Source: Nitrospirota bacterium
GTDB taxonomy: Bacteria; Nitrospirota; Nitrospiria; Nitrospirales; NS-4
Length of the DNA: 64,000 nt
Reading direction: 5' to 3'
NCBI GenBank assembly: GCA_004298335.1
Contig: SCTG01000015.1
Location: forward strand, 6,092-70,091
Positions 57,819 through 64,000 of the stretch are shown here, piece by piece (the first letter of the stretch is position 1; each line of letters opens with the position of its first letter). The notes under the pieces were generated by a model, which was given only the letters and a program-made list of their open reading frames with translations, did not search any database and was not told the origin of the DNA. Made by a program: the position numbers and the translations under genes.

Positions 57819-59732
57819 ATGGACGCCGGGCACCAGAGACCGACGAAACCGGGCAAGGCCCCGGAGACGCCGGGCCGGCTAAGGCTCGGCGAACTGCTGG
57901 CGGCGCGCGGGCTCATCACGCGCCAGATCCTCGATCAGGCGCTTGCCGCGCAACGCCAGTCGGGAAAGCGCATCGGGGACATTCTCCTCGACTTCGGCCA
58001 TGTGACTGAAGTGCAGATCCTCCCTCTGCTCAGCGATCACCTGAAGGTCCCCTACACCGACGTGTCCTCCCTCACCCTGAGCCCGGATACACTGGACCTC
58101 CTGCCGGAGGACCTGGCGCGCAAGTACACGGCCATCCCGATCAGCCGGCACGGAAAACGATTGGAGTTGGTGATGGCCGATCCCATGGACTACGAGGCGG
58201 TCCGGGATCTCTCATTTGCGACGGGGAGCAAGGTCACGGCCAAACTCGGAGGCCGGTCCCAAATCCTGGAAGCCATCGACCGGTTCTATGCGCGGCATTT
58301 GGAAGGGGCGGAACGCCTGATGGCGAAAGGCGTCGGGCATGCGCCCGCCGAGCCGATGCTCACGGCGCGCTCCCAGGCGCCCAGCGCGCTGGACGCGGAC
58401 GTCGAGGGCGCGCCCGTCATCCAGCTCATGAACCTCATCATGCGCAAGGCGATCCAGATGGGGGCCAGCGACATCCACATCGAGCCCGGCGTGCCGGATG
58501 GCACCGTCCGGTTCCGGCTCGACGGCTTGCTGTCCGATCAGCTCAAGGTGCCGGCCGCGCTCCATCCGGCCCTGGTGTCCCGCCTCAAAGTCATCGGCCG
58601 GCTCGACATCGCGGAGCGCCGCCTGCCGCAGGACGGTTCGGTCCGGGTGACGGTGGAAGGGAGCGAGGCGGATCTCCGGGTCTCGATCATTCCGCTCCAG
58701 CACGGCGAGAAAGCGGTGATCCGGGTCCTGGACACCTCGACCAGAAGCCTGGAACTCGAAGACGTCGGCCTGGTGGCCGACGATCTGAAGAAGGTCCAGA
58801 GCCTCATCGAGCGCCACCGGGGGATGGTCGTGGTGACAGGGCCGACCGGCAGCGGCAAGACCACGACCCTGTACGGCATCCTGAACCGGATCAAGTCGCC
58901 GACGACCAACATCGTGACCGTGGAAGATCCGGTCGAGTACCAGCATCCGGGGCTCAACCAGGTGCAGGTCAACGCGGACATCGGGCTGACCTTCGCCGCG
59001 GGCCTCCGGTCGATCCTCCGCCAGGACCCGGACATCATCCTGGTCGGGGAGATCCGCGACGCCGAAACGGCCGAGATCGCCTGCCGGGCGGCGCTGACCG
59101 GCCACCTGGTCTTCACCACGCTCCATACGAACGACGCGCCCTCCACCATCACGCGCCTGCTGGACATCGGCGTGCCCGCGTACCTGGTGTCCTCGGTGCT
59201 GATCGGCATCATCGCCCAGCGCCTGGTCCGGACGGTGTGCAAAAACTGCAAGGCCCCGTCTTCGCCCGACGCCAGCGGGATCGTCGGGCTGGGCCTGTCC
59301 GCCGTCAGCCTGGCGGGCGGCACGTTCATGGCCGGCAAGGGCTGCGTCAAGTGTCAGGAGAGCGGGTACAAGGGCCGGACCGGCGTCTTTGAAACGCTGG
59401 TGATGAATCCGCGCATCCGCGACCTCATTCTCCGCCAGTCGGCGGAGGAGGACATCCGGCTTGCCGCCCAGGAGAGCGGCATGCGCAGCCTTGTGCAGGA
59501 CGGGCTGGACAAGGCCAAGGAGGGCCTGACGACCGTCGAGGAACTCGGCCGGGTGCTGGAGGTCAGCGAGTACGCCTCGATCAGCTGTCCGGGGTGCGGC
59601 CGCCTGCTCAACTCCGAATACCGGTTCTGTCCCACCTGCCGGGCGACCCTCCGCCGCCTCTGTCTCGGCTGCGGGCGCGTCCTTCAGTCCGGCTGGATCG
59701 TCTGCGCCCATTGCGGGCAAGAGTACAAGTAG
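57819..59732 (+). CDS. GspE/PilB-family secretion ATPase with MshEN-type N-domain and additional C-terminal double zinc ribbon
   Basis: Walker A GPTGSGKTT, Walker B/Asp box DPDIILVGEIRD, His box TGHLVFTTLHTN, and internal CKNC...CVKC. N-terminal RLGELLAARGLITRQILDQALAAQ-RQSGK-RIGDILLDFGHV.... Tail CPGC..(x11)..CPTC...CLGC..(x10)..CAHC. Confidence 0.9.
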   Translation: MDAGHQRPTKPGKAPETPGRLRLGELLAARGLITRQILDQALAAQRQSGKRIGDILLDFGHVTEVQILPLLSDHLKVPYTDVSSLTLSPDTLDLLPEDLARKYTAIPISRHGKRLELVMADPMDYEAVRDLSFATGSKVTAKLGGRSQILEAIDRFYARHLEGAERLMAKGVGHAPAEPMLTARSQAPSALDADVEGAPVIQLMNLIMRKAIQMGASDIHIEPGVPDGTVRFRLDGLLSDQLKVPAALHPALVSRLKVIGRLDIAERRLPQDGSVRVTVEGSEADLRVSIIPLQHGEKAVIRVLDTSTRSLELEDVGLVADDLKKVQSLIERHRGMVVVTGPTGSGKTTTLYGILNRIKSPTTNIVTVEDPVEYQHPGLNQVQVNADIGLTFAAGLRSILRQDPDIILVGEIRDAETAEIACRAALTGHLVFTTLHTNDAPSTITRLLDIGVPAYLVSSVLIGIIAQRLVRTVCKNCKAPSSPDASGIVGLGLSAVSLAGGTFMAGKGCVKCQESGYKGRTGVFETLVMNPRIRDLILRQSAEEDIRLAAQESGMRSLVQDGLDKAKEGLTTVEELGRVLEVSEYASISCPGCGRLLNSEYRFCPTCRATLRRLCLGCGRVLQSGWIVCAHCGQEYK

Positions 59733-59752
59733 GGGCGATTCGTGAATCGCCC
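59730..59752. repeat. Second copy of the TAG-GGGCG..CGCCC palindromic element
   Basis: TAG GGGCGATTC-GT-GAATCGCCC. The TAG (59730-59732) is the gspE-like stop. The central GTG (59742-59744) is the predicted pepF start. Confidence 0.55.
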
Positions 59753-61511
59753 AGACTCCAAATCCGCCTCCTGGAACCTCCAAGATCTGCTCTCTGATCC
59801 GCTCCGGGACCTCGAGCTGTTGCGCAAAGAGGTGGACGGCCAGGCCCGGCGGTTCGAGGAATTCCGGGCGCGGCTGTCGCCCGACATCCCGTTCGAGACA
59901 TTTCTGGACGCCCTGCGCCTGGCCGACACGATCGCGCGGACGACGAGCCGGCTCGGAGCCTATGCCTTTCTCTGGTTCTCGGAGAACACGAAGGACCAGC
60001 GCGCGCGCTCGTTCAAGGCGATCGTCGAAGAGCTGCAGGCGGGGCTCGCCAACCGCATGCTGTTCTTCGATCTCTGGTGGCAGAAGCTCGATGACGCGAA
60101 CGCCGGACGGCTGCTGGCCCGGTCGGGAGACTACGCCTACCACCTGGAGTCCCTGCGCCGCTTCCGGGAGCATGCGCTCAGCGAGCCGGAAGAGAAGATC
60201 GTCAACGTCAAAAGCGTCACCGGCCGGCAGGCGGTCGTCGGGCTCTACGACATCCTTACCAGCGGCCTGAGCTACCGGCTGAAGGTCGGGGGCCGGGTGC
60301 GCGCGCTGACCCGCGAGGACCTGATGCGGTACGTGCGCGATCCGGACGCCCGCATGCGGGAGGCGGCCTATCGCGAGCACTTCCGGGTGTATGCCGCGAA
60401 CGCCGACGTGATCGGCGACATCTACAAGACGCTGGTGCTGGACTGGAAGCAGGAGAACCTGGGCCTCCGCCGGCACCGCTCGCCGATCGCGGTGCGCAAT
60501 CTGTCGAACGACATTCCCGAGGACGCCGTCGAGGCCCTGCTGAACGTCTGCGCCGCGAACGCCGGCGTTTTCCAGGACTATTTCAAGCTCAAGGCCCGGC
60601 TGTGCCGCATCAGGAAGATGAGCCGGTACCACATCTACGCGCGCTTTCAGGAGCCCGGCAAGCGGCACACGTTCGCGCGCGGGTCGAAGATGGTGCTGGA
60701 CGCCTATCGCGGCTTCTCGCCCCGGCTGGCGGACCTGGCGCAGCGCGTGCTCGATGAGCGCCACGTGGATGCGGCCATTCACCCCGGCAAGGTCGGCGGC
60801 GCTTTCTGCTACAGCGTGGTCCCGGAATTCACGCCGTACGTGCTGCTGAACTTCAAAGGCGACGTCCGGGACATCGCCACGCTGGCCCACGAACTGGGAC
60901 ACGCCGTGCACGGGATGCTGGCGGCCGGCCATTCGGTCTTCACCTTCCATGCCACGCTGCCGCTGGCCGAGACGGCCTCGGTGTTCGGCGAGCGCATCCT
61001 GTCCGACGCGCTGATGGCGGGCGAGCGGGACCGGGCGGTCAAGCAGGGGCTGCTCATCCGGCAGCTCGATGACGTGTACGCCACCATCTTGCGACAGGCG
61101 TATTTCGTCCGGTTCGAGCGCGAGGCGCACCGGATCATCGGCGAGGGCGGCACGATGGACGACCTCTGCGGCGTCTATCTGTCCGAGCTGCGGCGGCAGT
61201 TCGGCCGGGCCGTGGCGGTGCCGGATGAATTCCGGTGGGAGTGGCTGACGATCCCGCATCTCTTCGCCAGTCCCTTCTATTGCTACGCCTACAGCTTCGG
61301 CAATTTGCTGGTCCTGGCGCTCTACGGGCTGTACAAGACGCAGGGGGCCTCGTTCGTGCCGCGGTATCTCGATCTGCTGGCGGCCGGCGGCTCGCGGGCG
61401 CCGGAGTCGCTGCTCAAGGACTTCGGCGTGGACATCCGGTCGGAGGCGTTCTGGCAGACGGGGTTCGAGACGATCAAGGGGATGGTGCGGGAGCTGGAGG
61501 CGACGGCATGA
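59742..61511 (+). CDS. pepF: M3-family oligoendopeptidase F
   Basis: 589 aa with a GTG start. SWNLQDLL opening and zinc motif HELGHAVH with a downstream E. Confidence 0.88.
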   Translation: MNRPDSKSASWNLQDLLSDPLRDLELLRKEVDGQARRFEEFRARLSPDIPFETFLDALRLADTIARTTSRLGAYAFLWFSENTKDQRARSFKAIVEELQAGLANRMLFFDLWWQKLDDANAGRLLARSGDYAYHLESLRRFREHALSEPEEKIVNVKSVTGRQAVVGLYDILTSGLSYRLKVGGRVRALTREDLMRYVRDPDARMREAAYREHFRVYAANADVIGDIYKTLVLDWKQENLGLRRHRSPIAVRNLSNDIPEDAVEALLNVCAANAGVFQDYFKLKARLCRIRKMSRYHIYARFQEPGKRHTFARGSKMVLDAYRGFSPRLADLAQRVLDERHVDAAIHPGKVGGAFCYSVVPEFTPYVLLNFKGDVRDIATLAHELGHAVHGMLAAGHSVFTFHATLPLAETASVFGERILSDALMAGERDRAVKQGLLIRQLDDVYATILRQAYFVRFEREAHRIIGEGGTMDDLCGVYLSELRRQFGRAVAVPDEFRWEWLTIPHLFASPFYCYAYSFGNLLVLALYGLYKTQGASFVPRYLDLLAAGGSRAPESLLKDFGVDIRSEAFWQTGFETIKGMVRELEATA

Positions 61512-61516
61512 GTCTC

Positions 61517-61634
61517 ATCGCTGAACTTTCGAGGGTCCTGCCGCCGATTTCCCCCGCCGGCTTCAGCTGCGAAGACTGGCCTCTAGGCGGCGGGGGGCCC
61601 CCAATCGGCGTCACCCATTCTCAAGTTCAGCGAT
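61517..61634 (+). other. About 118-nt nested inverted-repeat element (structured RNA, complex terminator or MITE-like remnant)
   Basis: Three nested complementary pairs: ATCGCTGAACTT (61517-61528) with AAGTTCAGCGAT (61623-61634); CGCCGATT (61542-61549) with AATCGGCG (61603-61610); CCCCCGCCG (61551-61559) with CGGCGGGGG (61588-61596). Confidence 0.5.
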
Positions 61635-63062
61635 TTGGTTAAGCCGATGAATATCTTTGACGGCCTCGATCAGCATATCCAACAAAGTCGCCCGCGGTTT
61701 GAGGAGTGGCTGGGGCGGCTGGTGGAGGTGCCGACGGTCAGCATGGACCCGGCCCGGCGCGGGGACATGCGGCGGGGGGCCGGGGTCGCCGTCGAGTACC
61801 TGCGGGAGCTCAAGGCCGAGGCCGCGATCGTTGAGACCGGCGGCCATCCGATGGTCGTGGGCGGCTGGGTGCGCAATCCAGCCTGGCCGACGGTCACGGT
61901 GTACAACCATCTCGACGTGCAGCCGGCGATGGAGCCGGAATGGACACGCGAGCCCTTCACGTTTGCCGTAGACGGCGATCACTATTACGGCCGGGGAACG
62001 ACGGATGACAAGGGCCCGGCGCTGACCGCGCTGCTGGCGGCCTACTTCGCCGTCGAGCACGGCGTCCCGCTGAATATCCAGTTCCTCTGGGAGCTTGAGG
62101 AAGAAATCGGCAGCCCGCATTTCGCGGCGGGCCTGGCCAATCTCACCCGCCCGCCCAAGGCGCGCCAAGACGCGCCCCTTCCCGTTTTCCGCAAACCGGA
62201 TTCTGTGGTTGTTTCGGATACGATCTGGCTGGCGGGGGGACGCCCGGCGGCGCCCTACGGTTTGCGGGGCAACCTGGCCGCGCGGCTCACGCTGGAAACC
62301 GCGAAGCGCGAGGCGCATTCCGGGTTGACGGGAGGCGTGGCCCGCAATCCCCTGACGGAGCTGGCCGCCGTGGTCTCGGCCTGCGTGGATGCGAAGAGCG
62401 GCCGCGTCACGATCCCGGGTTTTTACCGCGCGGTCAAGCCGTTGGGGAAGGCAGACCGGGCGCAATTCCTGAAGTCGGGCTTCCAGGTCGCCTCCTTTGC
62501 CGCGGCGCATCAACTGACGAAGCTGCGCGTGCGGGACCGCGCCGAGGCCATGCGCCGCCTCTGGGCGGAACCGACCTTCGAAGTCCACGGCTTCGTCGGA
62601 GGCTACCAGGGTCCGGGAGTCAAGACGTCCATCCCGCCCCGGGCCGAGGCGAAGGTCAGCATGCGGCTGGTGCCCGACCAGGACCCGGCCGCCCTGTTCT
62701 CGCTGTTCCGGAAATACGTCCGCAAGCTCAACCCGGACGTTCGCGTGGAGGCAGACGGCATGTTGCGGCCCTACGCGGCTGATCTTGGAGGGCCCTATGC
62801 CGAAACGTTGCGACGGGCCCTGCGGTTCGGCTTTGGGAAAGAGCCGGCCTTCATCCGGGAAGGCGGGTCCATCGGCGCGGTCGTGACCATGGCGGAACAA
62901 TGGAAGGCGCCCGTCATGTTCCTGGGATTGAGCCTGCCGGAGCACGGGTACCACGCGCCGAACGAGCGGTTCGATTGGGGCCAGGCGTCCGGCGGGATGA
63001 AGGCCTTCGTCAAGTACTTCGAGGAAGTCAGCCGGATACCGGTGAAGAGGAGGGTGCGATGA
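61635..63062 (+). CDS. M20-family metallopeptidase (dipeptidase / ArgE-DapE-CPG2 family)
   Basis: 475 aa. YNHLDVQP, GRGTTDDKGP and EEEIGSP are typical M20 metal-site motifs. Start is TTG 61635 or ATG 61647. Confidence 0.85.
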   Translation: MVKPMNIFDGLDQHIQQSRPRFEEWLGRLVEVPTVSMDPARRGDMRRGAGVAVEYLRELKAEAAIVETGGHPMVVGGWVRNPAWPTVTVYNHLDVQPAMEPEWTREPFTFAVDGDHYYGRGTTDDKGPALTALLAAYFAVEHGVPLNIQFLWELEEEIGSPHFAAGLANLTRPPKARQDAPLPVFRKPDSVVVSDTIWLAGGRPAAPYGLRGNLAARLTLETAKREAHSGLTGGVARNPLTELAAVVSACVDAKSGRVTIPGFYRAVKPLGKADRAQFLKSGFQVASFAAAHQLTKLRVRDRAEAMRRLWAEPTFEVHGFVGGYQGPGVKTSIPPRAEAKVSMRLVPDQDPAALFSLFRKYVRKLNPDVRVEADGMLRPYAADLGGPYAETLRRALRFGFGKEPAFIREGGSIGAVVTMAEQWKAPVMFLGLSLPEHGYHAPNERFDWGQASGGMKAFVKYFEEVSRIPVKRRVR

Positions 63063-63619
63063 AACGAGTCTATGTCCTCACGGCGCTGCTGGCGGTGCTG
63101 CTGACGGCGACCGGGTGTCTCTTCGGCTATGGGGCGGTGGACTACATCGTGCCGGATCCCAAGGCTGAAACGAACATGGTGTTTGCAGCACGAACCGTCG
63201 CGCAGCTCAAGACGCTGGCCATCGGGCAATCCCGCGACGAGGTGTTGGAGCGGCTGCGCTTGGAGCCGGTCGAAGGCTGCGTGGAGTGGAGCTGGGAGAG
63301 CCGCGAGTTTTATTTGCGCCACAACGGCTGGCTGCGCTGCGTCAAGTCCACAATGCTGCAGAGCCCCTATCGGACCGCGTTGCTTGATCTTGACGGGATC
63401 CGCCATGAGGCGCTGTTCTATTACACGGGCGGAACCGGTCCGGAGGGCGGCATTACCGATGAGCAACTCACGCCGGTGTTGATCGTCGGCGGCAAGCTGG
63501 TCGGGTGGGGATGGAATCACCCGCTGATGAAGCAGCTCAAGGCGGGCCTTGCGGCCGCGCAAGCCGCCGCCGTGTCTGTCCAGATGGATGACCGCCCGCC
63601 GCCCCAGTCTCCGCGCTGA
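63059..63619 (+). CDS. Putative lipoprotein, hypothetical
   Basis: ATGA overlap with the M20 stop. Lipobox LTATGC. No family recognised. Confidence 0.5.
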   Translation: MKRVYVLTALLAVLLTATGCLFGYGAVDYIVPDPKAETNMVFAARTVAQLKTLAIGQSRDEVLERLRLEPVEGCVEWSWESREFYLRHNGWLRCVKSTMLQSPYRTALLDLDGIRHEALFYYTGGTGPEGGITDEQLTPVLIVGGKLVGWGWNHPLMKQLKAGLAAAQAAAVSVQMDDRPPPQSPR

Positions 63620-63630
63620 AAGGAGGCCGC

Positions 63631-63999
63631 CATGGCGACGATCCTGGTTGTGGACGACGAGCTCATGTTGTGCGATCTGCTGAGGATAGAGCTGAGCACG
63701 TTCGGTCACGAGGTGGTGACGGCCAGCAACGGCCGTGAGGGCGTCGCGCTCTTCGCGCACCGGAAACCGGACCTGACCCTGCTGGATCTGCACATGCCCG
63801 ACATGAACGGCATCGAGGTGCTCACGCGGATCCGCGAGCTCGATCCGCAGGCCAGCGTGATCGTGCTGACGGGCGGCGGGACCGATGAGCTGGAGAACCA
63901 GGCCCGGGAGTTGGGCGTGCACGAATTTCTCCGCAAGGGGTTGTCGCTGGCCATCCTGGTCAGGGCCCTCGGGAAGGCCATGCAGTCCCCCGGCCAGGC
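63631..63999 (+). CDS. CheY-like response regulator receiver domain (3' end outside window)
   Basis: Not in the ORF track because there is no stop within the window. AAGGAGG RBS. MATILVVDDE...DLTLLDLHMPDMNG...VIVLTG is a receiver-domain pattern. Confidence 0.8.
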
Positions 64000-64000
64000 G

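Noticed and set aside
58212-61259. 1015-aa ORF on the minus strand
   Set aside because: It is antisense to the gspE-like and pepF genes. The translation is Arg/Pro/Gly/Ala-rich with no motifs, while the plus-strand genes carry clear catalytic signatures.

Overview
High-GC bacterial chromosomal segment, densely coding on both strands, with no rRNA, CRISPR array, transposase or prophage signature that I could see. All domain calls come from reading motifs in the supplied translations; no searches were run. The many long Arg/Pro/Gly-rich antisense ORFs in the track are GC artefacts.

Gene content, in order:
- glmU (partial) and glmS.
- A gatC-panD-gatA-DUF948-ytxH-gatB operon.
- eno, ftsB-like, era, mgtE, recO.
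- A cluster of small, TPR and lipoprotein genes.
- A visibly more A/T-rich two-gene unit (DUF3015 plus a DUF4105 outer-membrane protein) with its own promoter and terminator.
- A B12-binding RiPP-type radical SAM enzyme followed 11 nt later by a twin-BON lipoprotein. It diverges from a cNMP-binding TrxR-like flavoprotein plus UBP zinc-finger pair.
- Cytochrome c, lgt, an FKBP lipoprotein and a Sel1 protein.
- tRNA-Arg(CCT).
- An orphan AmmeMemoRadiSam-type radical SAM enzyme.
- A MarR-headed redox/electrophile detox block (DoxX, pirin, two VOC proteins, nitroreductase, SDR, DedA-rhodanese, GlcG).
- A tripartite RND efflux system.
- An ABC-2/GldG/DUF4340 operon.
- speH and speE.
- An OmpR-type response regulator, histidine kinase and HtrA.
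- rimO and rlpA.
- A HEAT-repeat cluster.
- A peptidoglycan-binding protein, then a PstS-like protein, then a GspE-like ATPase with MshEN-type N-terminus and extra C-terminal zinc ribbons.
- pepF, an M20 peptidase, a lipoprotein and a partial response regulator.

Best candidates for undescribed biology:
- The precursor-less radical SAM/BON unit and its divergent neighbours.
- The orphan PstS-like/GspE-like module.
- A stop-codon-bearing palindromic repeat family.
- A perfect 27-bp palindrome inside rimO.
- A roughly 118-nt nested hairpin between pepF and the M20 peptidase.
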